Shown: piece by piece, positions 1 through 10,768 of the stretch
How positions within the stretch are numbered: the stretch's first letter is position 1
Layout: every line of letters starts with the position of its first letter
Source of the DNA: Utricularia gibba
Taxonomy: Eukaryota > Plantae > Magnoliophyta
Assembly (NCBI GenBank): GCA_002189035.1
Contig: CM007991.1
Location: forward strand, 806,001 to 870,000
Length of the DNA: 64,000 bases
Direction: 5' to 3'
Program-made: the position numbers and the translations under genes
Notes under the pieces: model-generated
Database searches by the model: none
Seen by the model: the letters and a program-made list of their open reading frames with translations, nothing else
What the model was told of the DNA's origin: nothing

Positions 1-34
1 TTTGTTGAATATTAATTAGGTTTATCTTCTACAG

Positions 35-1532
35 CTAATCAAGAATTGCACGTTCTCTGGGCATGTTAGTCTGACCTCAAACATCTTTTGATTGAATCTA
101 ATTTTTCTGATCTTCTGCAGCTCTTGAAATTGATTCCTCAAAGGATCCTACTACACCAACTGAAGCAAGCACTCCTGCCAGTGGTTCTGCTTTGGTCCTT
201 TCTGGAAAAAAATTCCATGGGTATGAAACTGCTAATCTTGGTTTATGCATTGTTTGATGTAGTGTCCTAGTATATTATCCAACTTGAATGAACACACGTC
301 ATGGACATACTCTATGTGAGGTTGATTTGGGATGGGAATCACGTGATCTTGAACGTTTGGTGAGAAGCTTGCGATTGTTTAAATGTGTATGATAATAGAT
401 AGTGTGTCATAGTTATTTTTCATTCAATCTTTTCTCCTAATACTAGCATCCACATTTGCGTGAGGCTACTGAGTGTTATCTGGTGACCAATATATTCACA
501 ACGTGTGCCTATATGCTCTCATTTGATATTTCTATGTTCCCTCTGTCTGAAGGTTGCAAATATTGCTTGGTTAAACGATTTACAAAGGTGTCTATAATTT
601 GCAGACTTAAGAAACACAAAGAAGGTTGTCTGTGTGCTATATGTGTGATGATGCGGCGTAGGCAGGAGAAAGAAGAGATTGCTCGCATGATGGGACAAAC
701 TGATAGTAGTGATGACTCACAAGGCATGGATACTAAGACTGAGGTACTTTTCAGATTGATCAATCATCTTCTTGCTCCAAGTAGTCTGGCAAAGTGCAAT
801 GGTTCACTATGGCTGATGTTATTCTTTAGTGCCCTTGGATGTGTGTAACTGTATTGCAGTTCATGTAGTGATGTTGTTTCCCTCATTTGATCCACGCATT
901 TTGTTTTAGGGCGTTTCACTTGGGGAAAGTCCCTTTGATGGCTACACCTCCTCAAACATTGGGAACTCCCCAGATGTGGATGCAGATCAAGAATTGAAAC
1001 TGGGTGACCTGAAAAGTATGTACAACAAGCAAAACACTGAAGTAACAACTTCAGGAAAACAAGAGGCATCTCATGATTTACATTTGAGTCGAAGGTCAGA
1101 GAATGCTATGAATAATCAAGAAAGATCTGGTGGCAGTTTATCCAGTGACGCTCAGAAAGAAACTGGAAAAAAGAGTGATGATGGAAGTCCAGCAATGGAC
1201 CATCAGAGGCCCAAGGTAAAACATGCTATATGTGTGAGTTAATGTTTTCTTTCCAACCGGCATCCAACATTTCCATGTGCATGCATACTGCATCAGAGGG
1301 ATAAATTTCTTTGGTTGTTTGCTGACAGGAACCGTTGGACAAAAACCAGAGAGCAAAAATGCTGGAGAATCTTAGGTATCTCGAGAATCCAGTACTCTTG
1401 GATCTCTACGGGACCTTATTTTCAAACAAACCCCAGTCTTTCTGGAATGGCCCTCACTCCTTGGTTGGTCATACGAAAGGTACCAATCGCAGAACATCTC
1501 TGGGTTCTGCCATGTCCTCCTTCCTCAAGTAG
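35..1532 (+). CDS. 3' portion (5 visible exons, 5'-truncated) of a probable plant bromodomain-containing protein
   Basis: GT-AG exons give ...SGKKFHG|LKKHKEGCLCAICVMMRRRQEKEE...|GVSLGESPF...|EPLDKNQRAKMLENLRYLENPVLLDLYGTLFSNKPQSFWNGPHSL...SSFLK* (TAG ends 1532). The HKxGCxCAxCxxxRRR and LxGxLF...WNGPHSL segments resemble AT1G58025-type bromodomain proteins as I recall them. The bromodomain itself is not in the window. Confidence 0.45.
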
Positions 1533-2150
1533 CTTCTTCGATCCCCATTGCTAATATTGTGCAGCAATGACTGTTAAAAAGTTTTCAGTTTATGAGTAGA
1601 TTTCATGAGCCTTCTGACATTAATGTTCTCCTGGAAGTTTGCTTACTGACTTCTTGAGCAGCTTGTATGTAGGTAGCATACACCACTTTCTACTCAAAGT
1701 CTAATTTTCAACGCTCACCGATGCATTTTGCATTATTGTTTCCCTGGAAACTTGCCTGCTTTCTTCTGACTTCAGGACAGGGGAAAGCGGCCAGACACTG
1801 CAGCTTTTAGGTTAACTTGGTAAAACATCGTAGAAAATGGGGGCATATAGGGAATTCATTCAAAATATATTTAGTTGACATTTATAAATGAAATAGAATT
1901 ATATAGATTTAATTTTTAAATTATATATTTTATTGTAAATTATTAAAATGACAAAGAAATTTGAATATTTGATTAAAATATTAGGAAAAAATGATATTTC
2001 CCAGACTAGCAAAGGTTAGGTTTTTTGAATCTCTAATAAATAATGTTTTTAAATTCAGTAAAATTTGGATTAAGCATTTTTGTTTACAGTCATCGTCCTC
2101 TATTAGAATAAGTACAAGACGCGGGGTTGTAACGCAATTTGAATAAATGC

Positions 2151-3261
2151 CTACTGGATCCGGAATCTTGGGAGGCCAACCTTGAACCCTAGATTCATGA
2201 GATCGGAATCTTTACTCGCCCGGAACTCCGCGTAGGTAAACGGCCTGTACCTGGAGCTTTGGATGACGGCATCCTCCGCCGGAAACACGAAGTACCCCAA
2301 CGAAATCCTCTCCCGTTCCTTGTTCAGCTTCACTCTGTGCGTTACGCTCGTGTACTCGTCGCCGCTCATCCCCTGCAGCAAGCAGCACACGATCCCCAAA
2401 ATTTCGGGTCCAAAAGTGTAATTATGGAAAACTTCTTGGACGCTCGAAACGTAATTAAAAGAAAATTTGGGGTTTGATAGATATTTTGTGAATTTAGGAT
2501 GTTGAGAACCTGCATCATGTCTCCAACGTTGACGATGAGTGTATCTTGAATTGGCTCCACGTGGAGCCACTTGTTCTTCCGACGGACCTGCAACCCGCCG
2601 ATTTCGTCCTGGTGAATGATTGAAATCACGGAGCTATCGGTGTGTGTAGGGATCCCCCATTTCTCCGCCGCCGTGGGTCGCCGTAGGTACCGATAGACGC
2701 GCAAGGTCGCGGTGGCCGGACATAAATAGGAGCTCGGATCAGCCAAACAGAGATCCTCCGCCATTGCCCAGAAGATCGCAGTTGCGAGCCGCGTCTGATG
2801 ATCACCGTATTCTTGGAGCCAACTTTTGAACCTCTCGAGACGAGAGTCCTGTTCGTAGCGAAATTCTTGAGTCAAATCGCGGTAGGTGGCGTCGAATCCT
2901 TCGAGAAAATTGAGTTTATCGGAACGAGGGTTTGCGTTGGCGGCGGTTCCGGCAGTGGAGAGAGCAGGGCTGCCCCAGAAATAGAGGATCGGTGATGTGG
3001 GGAAAGCGTTTTTCGCCTCGATGGGGAGACAGAAGAGATCTCCGGCGACAGTGTGGATGTCGCGGATGAGCTCCACCGGCACCTGGTGATTCACGAGCCT
3101 GAACATGCCCCATTCTCTGGACGCTTTACCGATGATACCAGGGCTCAGTTCCTGGAAATCTACCACGGGAAGAGTCTCCGTCTCGGAATCCGAGTCAGAC
3201 TCGGCGCCGTAATCGCGAGCCCTGTGGCGGAGAAGAGAGGGTAGGAGGAAAGCTCCGTCAT
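2151..3261 (-). CDS. GA2ox: 2-oxoglutarate/Fe(II) dioxygenase, C20-GA 2-oxidase GA2ox9/GA2ox10-like; 2 exons, one 1-nt frameshift near the start
   Basis: Motifs LPVVDF, WGMFRLVNH, YFWGSPAL, HTDSSVISI (HxD), VTHRV (distal His), RISLGYF (RxS). Intron 2373-2509 (GT-AG). ATG at 3261 gives MTELSSYP and joins the main ORF as SYPPLLRH if one C is added at about 3235-3240. Confidence 0.85.
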
Positions 3262-4245
3262 GGCTGCCGCTGGTCAACGCAGATCCCCGTGAAGCGCCTG
3301 AGAGCTGGATATTTACCCTTTCCGGCCACTGTTCAAAGCACAACAGCTACAGTAACTATTTCGAAAATGATGCCAACCGCTCCACAATTCTGTTTATTAA
3401 TTTTTATGAAAAATTTTAAAAAAAATCAGAAATTTAAAAAATAATTATCAACATATTAATAAAATAATATATATTTGAAAAAATCGATATTTTCCATTTT
3501 CACATATTTAAGTAACGCTTAATTCCTTCAATGGTAGAAAGATAAAATGAAATTGAAATATCAAATCTCCAAAAAAAAATAAAATAATAAAATAACATAT
3601 CAATATATAGATATATTCCTCCGAATATATCGAAGATTGAAAAGGATGCCAATGGCAATGGCTCCACAATTCTTTTGTTTTGTAGCGCATCGGATCCAAA
3701 AATATCCATTTAAACAAACCCATTGCACTTTTCGTAGTCCCGATTAACACTCGTGTTCAATTAATCTGATTTATTATTTAATAATCCCCCATATATCCAC
3801 AAAATATATTGCTCTCCATTTAAATATTCATAATATGACTTGGTCAAAAGCAGAGTCTCGAATCTGATTTCGCAGGGATGATACCTTTATTCCAGATTAA
3901 AAAATAATTTTAAAATGCACTTTCGAACATGAGATGGATTTTGATTTAAAATATGGACTAAAATCTTGTAATTCATTTGATTTGATTGTATGTTTAAATT
4001 CATACGTAAGAAGAAGACGGAAAATTTAATTGCATACACAGTAAGGAAACAGTAGAGAGAGATGAGGAGGAATCGTGGGATGTCTTTTGAGTCACCCTTG
4101 TTCTAATTCTCTTCTCGCCTCCGGATAAGTGGCTCTTTAGTTGATGTCTACGCAGAGGACATATCTTGGCATCTGATGCCTTCACACCGCTGGTTGAGGT
4201 TGCTTCCGGTCTCTGGTATATAAACCTGCGCTGCTCGGGGCAGCT

Positions 4246-5626
4246 ATGAGACGAGACATTCAGGCAATGGCATGGTTTGATAAGAGCAAAGCGGGTGCCA
4301 TTCCCAGCAATGGGCATTCCCAGCCCCAAGCGCCCGAGATGGGATTGATCCGGGCTGCAGTGCGCAACACGCAGATGTCTGCAGCCACATCCGAGCAGAT
4401 ATTGGAGTTCAAGGGCGGCAAAGGGCCCTGGGGTCCTGCTGAAATCCGGAACCAACAGCAGTTCGATGGCAGCCCCCAAGGGGAGAGCTCTACAACCATA
4501 TGAACAAGGTAGGCATGCTGGTATACAGGGAAAGTTGGTATGGGTTTACCTGAGGATTGGATGTCGATCTGTGTGTGCAGGGTAGGGAGAGGGAAGGCAT
4601 CGCTTCGAACTTCAGGGAGGATACCAGCAAAGTGGGAGGTGGATTTTCTCCACCTTCATATGCAGTAGGTGCTCCAGTTCAGAGAGGAGCGTCGCAGGCT
4701 CAATGGAGCAAGGGGAAGGAAGAGGAGACTGAGAAAAGGGCATATGAGTATGCTCCTTCTTCTCCCACTAAGGTGCAACAAAGGACTGAAAGCAATAAAG
4801 GAAAGGAAATGGAAAAATTTCAGACTTCCTACCTTGGGAAAAGCTCTATTTCTCCACCTTCATATGCAGTAGCTGCTCCAGTTCAAAGAGGAACGCCACA
4901 GGCTCAATGGAGCAAGGGAAGGAAGAGGAGACTGAAAAAAGGGCCTATGAGTATGCTCCTTCTTCTCCTACTAAGGTGCAACAAAGGACTGAAAGCAATA
5001 AAGGAAAGGAAATGGAAAAATTTCAGACTTCCTACCTTGGGAAAAGCTCTACTATATCAAGAACTGATCCGGTTCCATATGAAACACCAAGAAGTGATTG
5101 GCGTAAGGGAAATGAAAATTATGCTCCTCCTCCCAGCAAGTTAGAGGTACAACAACAACAACAGGCTCCTGGATTTCGGAAATCTATTGATAATAGTCAA
5201 GGACAAGGCTATGCAAGGGGAAATAATTACGGAAGTGAGCACCTGCAACTTTCATACAATGGCCGACACATAACTTTTAGAAGAACTGATCCAGCTCCAT
5301 ACGAAACACCAAGAACTGAGTGGCACAAGGAAACGGGAAACTATTCCTCTCTTCCTTACCCTGCTGCACATCAAAAAATAGATGAATATAGTGAGAAAAA
5401 CAAAGCAAAGCCACATTATAATCCTTCTTCTTCTCCAACTAAGGCACAGGTGTCACCAAGAAAAGGTCCTGCCTTTCAAAACATAAGTGGCAGGGAAGAA
5501 GCTAGTTGGTGGTATAGCACAAGGGCAAATCCTCCGGAGAAAACATACAAGGAGGATGACGATGATAATGAGAAGATCATCGACTGCATCGAGGCTGCCA
5601 TAAAATACAATGGTGTGCTAGTGTAA
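4246..5626 (+). CDS. Uncharacterised low-complexity, repeat-containing plant protein with C-terminal IDCIEAAIKYNGVLV motif
   Basis: Consecutive ORFs 4246-4503, 4557-5144 and 4907-5626, with a probable GT-AG intron at about 4509-4580. The frame break at 4916-4918 (GGG versus GGGG in the other repeat copy) explains the last two ORFs. The C-terminus resembles the IDSxEAAxxYGG tail of plant unknown proteins. N-terminal structure is uncertain. Confidence 0.6.
4647..5051 (+). repeat. Two-copy 204-bp (68-codon) tandem duplication inside the CDS
   Basis: TCTCCACCTTCATATGCAGTAG...GGGAAAAGCTCTA starts at 4647 and 4851. The copies are near-identical except for scattered substitutions and one missing G. 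Confidence 0.95.
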
Positions 5627-5715
5627 TATCATCTGGAAAAGGAATCGCCTGTGAAGAACAACTGTAGTATGCTTGAAGCCTACTCATGTATAATGGTAAT
5701 GGGGTACTGAAGTTA

Positions 5716-5903
5716 CCATAAATAACAGCTTAGTCTAACGACTTCCAAATCTTATCAAATAACAATAGATTTATTTCCATAAATAATGCTTAATGTAATC
5801 ACTTCCAAATCTTATCTAATCACATTAGATTTCTTTCCATAAATAATGTTTAATCTAATCACTTCCAAATCTTATCTAATCACAATAGATTTCTTTCCAT
5901 AAC
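5716..5903. repeat. 60-bp minisatellite, 3 full copies plus a stub
   Basis: The unit CCATAAATAATGCTTAATGTAATCACTTCCAAATCTTATCWAATMACAWTAGATTTMTTT recurs; the ACTTCCAAATCTTATC core is at 5741, 5801 and 5861. Confidence 0.95.
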
Positions 5904-5987
5904 TTAGTTTCAAGTTTTTTTCTATAAAAGAGAAGTTGTACCCCATGGAAAGGCACAGTTTTCTCTCGAAGCCGCTGAAAGAGCTCA

Positions 5988-6766
5988 ATGGCGTCTCTGT
6001 TGCGATCATTCTGTTGTCTTTTCGTTGCTTCTCTATGTGTTTCCTCCCTTGTGGTGGCTCACCCATCGCCAACGAGATCCCTCGCTTCCGCGGTGGAGGC
6101 ATTGGCAAACTCTGGATACTCGGCGATGTCCCTCACCCTGTTGCTCATCGGCGATACTCTGCCGACTTCGTCCGGTGCAGACCCAACCCTCACAATATTC
6201 TCTCCATCGGACAAGGCATTTGCCTCTTCTAGCGAGCCATCAATGAATCAACTACTCATGCATTTTTCGCCGACGTTGCTGCCTCGGAATTCACTTGTTT
6301 CCCTCCCATTCGGCAAAACTATCCCAACCCTGTCCCACACCGGCGACCTCGTCGTCACCTCGAATGGAAACAAGATTTCCATCGATAATGTCAGGGTATC
6401 TGAAGCCCCTATTTTCGACGACGGCTTCGTGATCGTCTACGGAACCGAAGACTTCTTCGAGATGAACTTCACCGCGACGCCGCCTACTGAACTCAAATCA
6501 GCGAAATCTCGAGAGTCTTCGTCGGGTATACTCTCCTTTCTCGATCTGCAGTTGATGGGATTCGTTTCTCCGGGGAGTTTAACGGAAGAGATGATGCGAT
6601 GGAGCCTCTTCTCCCCTGCTGACTCTGCTAAAGATTCTTCTCGTAGAGATCCCTTCCCAGGAGTGAGCTCTACACCGGGGAGCCATCAGTGGATCACAAT
6701 CAACTTTCTCTAATCGCCGCCGCCATGATAGTCATCATCCTCACCTCCATCATTCGCAGCTTCTAG
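5988..6766 (+). CDS. Fasciclin-like arabinogalactan protein (FLA19/20/21-like), copy A, intronless
   Basis: Signal peptide MASLLRSFCCLFVASLCVSSLVVA, FAS1 H1 motif LTIFSPSDKAF, H2-like VSEAPIFDDGFVIVYG, then SFLDLQLMGF. The ORF stops at 6713, but one added C/G at about 6650-6680 extends it to a hydrophobic tail ...NQLSLIAAAMIVIILTSIIRSF* (TAG ends 6766). Confidence 0.85.
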
Positions 6767-7395
6767 GTTTTCAGATTTTGGGTCTCGTTTGTACTCCATT
6801 TGTGCTCTGCAATCCAATTATGGCTCTGAATCCCTAATTTTCCGGTTTTTGTAAATCATGTTCTTTACGAAACAATCGCTTTCGATTAATGTTTTTTTTT
6901 TTGGAGTTACGTTAAATAATTTTTAATTTATTTACCATAATAATTCAATAAATATTAATATATTACCGGTTTCCTTAAAATAATTCCGAACTCAATAATC
7001 TAATCTAAAATTATTCCTAATAAAAATTGAACACGATTAAGATATGCACATTTAGAACCCGATTGGAACGGATCACCCGACCCTTTCTAATCAATTTGGA
7101 TCCGGTTTCAAGTATGAACCAAATAGAAATTTTCCTTCTTGATTTACGATTGATGTTGCACCCATGAGCGGTTGGTGACATTTGAACATTGCTAATGCAA
7201 TTATTTTTATTTCTATTAATATATAAATAATAATTTTTTATTAATATGTATATTTATTCATACAAAATACGAGAGATTCATGTTATAAAATATATGCACA
7301 AATTGATTATTGGATGGTATTTTTTCAACACATGCACACACGAAAAGGTTACCAGTGTCTTCTCTTCGTGTGTTTACTACAGAAACAGTTGTTTG

Positions 7396-8607
7396 TCACA
7401 GAAGATTGGGCTTGAGCATGAGAAAGTGGTTGGGAGAATAGAGTCTGAAGAGGGAGAGGGCCGAGATGCAGGCCGTGATCGCCATGATGACGCCCGCCGC
7501 GACGCCGAGGACATCCGCCGCCCCCGCCTGGACGCAGAATCTGGTGAAGGAATTGCACAGCTTCATCCACTGGAAGCCCATGTCGCCGCTCAGCGCCAGC
7601 ATCGACGCCTGCAACGCCGCCAGGTTGCCGCCCAGAACCACGTACGCCGCCACCTGCAGCATCGCCGTTCATTTAGTATCCATCCCCATATCGTCGCCGC
7701 CGGTAACGCCTTACCTGGTCCGAAAGGTAAATGCCCCACGCAGCGTATCTGTCGGAAGCTACTAGATTCTTCTGGAAGCCCGGGAGTTTGGAACTCCTCA
7801 CCAATTGGATAAGATTGTAAACTGCACCCGCTGCATTGATCCACACGGCAATGCTGAAAAACACAAATAATTGTCATGATAAATAAATAAAATTTTTTAT
7901 TTCTTGATATTGACTCCAAATCCATCTTTCATTAAACTAAAAACCACAATTCACATAAAAAAAAATCAATTTCGATTTAGTGATTTTCAGACATAATAAA
8001 TTCATTCCCCCCCCCCCCCCCCACCCATATTAAGATAAAGAAATAATATTAAAAATGATTGACATAAATATCGAAAACATGGATTGATGAAATTGATCTT
8101 GTTTGTTTACACAACAATGCGTTACTAAGAATATCTTTAATGATTTTCGCAAATGATGATATGATTTTTTTTTATTGAGTTTTCATAAGAAAACGAAACT
8201 TACTAAAAATACTTTTCGCAGCATAGAGTTTACTTAAATTAATCATTTTCATAAAAATAAAAATGATTTCCGAAAAATCATGTCACCATTTTCAAAAATC
8301 ACTAAAGATCTTAAAGAATGTGAAATAAGATGAATTAGAAATCTATAATATAAATTTTTTAATTTAATCTGTGATATAGATTATACGGATGACCATTTTT
8401 CTAAATGATATAACGAAATGTGAGAAAGAGGACTAACAAGAAAGCGTCGAGGCTTCGGACGTCGGCCTTCTTGGAGATGGTGTTGAAGAGAAGCTTGGTC
8501 TGGCGGTCGAATCCGAGCAGCAGCGCGGTGAGCAGCAACAGAAGCGCAGAGACAATTCTGAGACAAGCTTCGACCTTCCATATCCCCATGCTCACCACCT
8601 TCTTCAT
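7396..8607 (-). CDS. CASPL2C1: CASP-like protein 2C1 (3 exons)
   Basis: Exons 8607-8438, 7853-7715 and 7653-7396, all GT-AG. They encode ...EACLRIVSALLLLLTALLLG..., AVYNLIQL...SDQ and ...QWMKLCNSFTRFCVQ...SLFRLYSPNHFLMLK, the typical CASPL2C signature. Confidence 0.88.
8133..8309. mobile_element. MITE-like fold-back element in CASPL2C1 intron 1
   Basis: Imperfect inverted arms of about 40 bp: ATCTTTAATGATTTTCGCAAATGATGATATGATTTTT (8133-) versus the reverse complement of 8271-8309 (ATCTTTAGTGATTTTTGAAAATGGTGACATGATTTTT). No TSD identified. Confidence 0.5.
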
Positions 8608-9901
8608 ACCTCCGCCTCTCCTCGCCCTACCCAGCAACCAAGAAGAAGAAGAAGAAGAGGAATGGAGACAGATATGGGCTGCGAAGGCGCTCGCGTCCTC
8701 ATCATAAATGGACCATAGACGTGATTCATATGGATGTGGGGGTGGGGTCACGAATCCGCGTAATAATAAGAAATATAATAATCCTAATAATAATGACGAT
8801 GACGACCATTAATTTGGGACCGTAAATTAAATTATTAATTAAATATTTAGAATGATGGTTGGGCATGGACCAATGATAGTTGCGTGTCGACCGCATCATG
8901 TCTTTTTTTTCAATCTATTCGTCACAATTTAGGTTAATTTTTTTAATGACTTTAATTAGACTATATAATTATTAATTAACTACTTCAAAAAATAAAAAAA
9001 TATTATTTAAATAAGTAATAAAGTGTATTAAAGTGATGCATGGATGGGGTCCGATCTTGTGGTTATCTTCAATTCACGAGTCATGTGTTGTGTGCCTTGA
9101 ATGCTCACCAGTCCGCCATCTACCTTGTAATGTCCATCCACAAATTCCATCATACAATAGTCTAATTAATTAATTATTTAAATTAATTATATTTAAATAC
9201 AGATGTAGCAAAGATATGCTTTGTAGTTGATGTTGATGTTGATGTTGATCTTGATGTTAAATTATTTGTATTTTAGCATAATTCAAATCTCATTTGATAT
9301 TTTTATTTTTCATTTACTTTTTATTTATTTAATAGTAAAAATAATTGTTTTTTCGTATAAATGAAATGTCTAGAACACATTTTATATTAGAATATTTCTT
9401 ATTATAAATCCTACAACCAAATGGTTATCACTAAAAATGAAATGTAACAAAGATATTTTTTATAATTAATATTTTTTTAAAAAATAGGTTTAGGTAAAAT
9501 ATTTTGGATCAACATCCTTTTTAAGTTATCAAAATGTCACATTTAACACTTGTTTATTGTACCTTGTCTCTTTGCTTCTGATTTTTTTAATCAATTCCCA
9601 AATTTCTGTTGAATATAATGAATTTTGTTTGAAAATGGATTTTTTAAATAATTTTCACAAATTTTAATTTCAAATTCCTAGTTAATTTATCAAAGGAACC
9701 AATATAATTCATACTGGTAAATTATAATAATAAAAAAAATTCAAAATGTAGTCCATATCCAAGAATTCAATTCAATGTAAAAAGTCTAAAAATTGGAGAC
9801 TACTTGACCGCCACCCCTTGACAGTAATGTGCACAACTCTTGCAGAGTGGAGGGCCGCCGCCATGAGATCCTTCATCGGCGATGGCGCAGTCAGCGACAC
9901 C

Positions 9902-10492
9902 CTATCGCATCATCTCCACCGCGAAAAACCCCGTAATGGAAAATCCGATTGACCGGAGATCAAGAAACGGCAGCATAGCGAAAGGAGAATGCTCGGTAGA
10001 AGGGGCAGTGATGAAGTTCACTCCGAAAAAATCTTCGATCCCGTAGATGATCACCGACCCGTCGACGAAAATCGGGTACTCGTGTACCCGTACATTATCG
10101 ATGGAGATCATGGATGCGTTTGTGGTGACAGTGAGATCGCCTGAGTGGGACAGAGTCGGTATAGTTGAGCCAAACGATAGGGAAACAAGGGACTCGGGAG
10201 ACAGGAACGCCGGCGAGAAATAGAGCAGCAGCCGCTCTAAAGACGGCTCGCTGGAGGAGGCGAAGGCCTTGTCGGACGGGGAAAAGATCGTGAGGGCAGT
10301 GTCGGCGCCGTACGAAATCGGCAGAGCGTCGCCGATGAGCAGCAAGGTGAGGGACATCGCAGAGTATCCGGAGTTGGCCAATGTCTCCACAGCGTACGCA
10401 AGGGATTTCCGGGGCGACGGCTGAGCCACGGCGGAGATAACGAAAAGAGATGCAACGAGAAGACAACAGAATGATCGCAACATAGACGCCAT
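9902..10492 (-). CDS. Fasciclin-like arabinogalactan protein, copy B (inverted paralogue of 5988-6766, truncated C-terminus)
   Basis: MASMLRSFCCLLVASLFVISAVAQPSP...LTIFSPSDKAFASSSEPS..., collinear with copy A. It ends at VEMMR*, where copy A reads EEMMRW (TGG versus TAG). Confidence 0.8.
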   Translation of the reverse strand: MASMLRSFCCLLVASLFVISAVAQPSPRKSLAYAVETLANSGYSAMSLTLLLIGDALPISYGADTALTIFSPSDKAFASSSEPSLERLLLYFSPAFLSPESLVSLSFGSTIPTLSHSGDLTVTTNASMISIDNVRVHEYPIFVDGSVIIYGIEDFFGVNFITAPSTEHSPFAMLPFLDLRSIGFSITGFFAVEMMR

Positions 10493-10768
10493 TGCTGCGG
10501 CCGCGAGGGAAAAAAGTGCCTTGCCGTGGGTTGCGGTGTAGGGGTTCTCTTTTGTAGATGAACACGAAGGGAGTTACGGAAATAAATCTAAATGTGATTT
10601 TGATATGATCTGGAAGTTGGAACTGTAAATTCGATCAAATTATATAAAATAAAATTTAAATCTCAAATTCATATAATTATAAATTAAGAATGCAGAATTT
10701 GGATATTAATTATCTAAATGGATGCAAGGTTCTGAGGTTTCCGATCAAGCAGTTAGTTCATCGAGAAG

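Noticed and set aside
9226-9258. (GTTGAT)n hexamer run, plus other short runs such as poly-C at about 8007-8022 and (AT)n at about 39249-39268
   Set aside because: Ordinary simple sequence repeats; no CRISPR-like or telomeric arrays are present.
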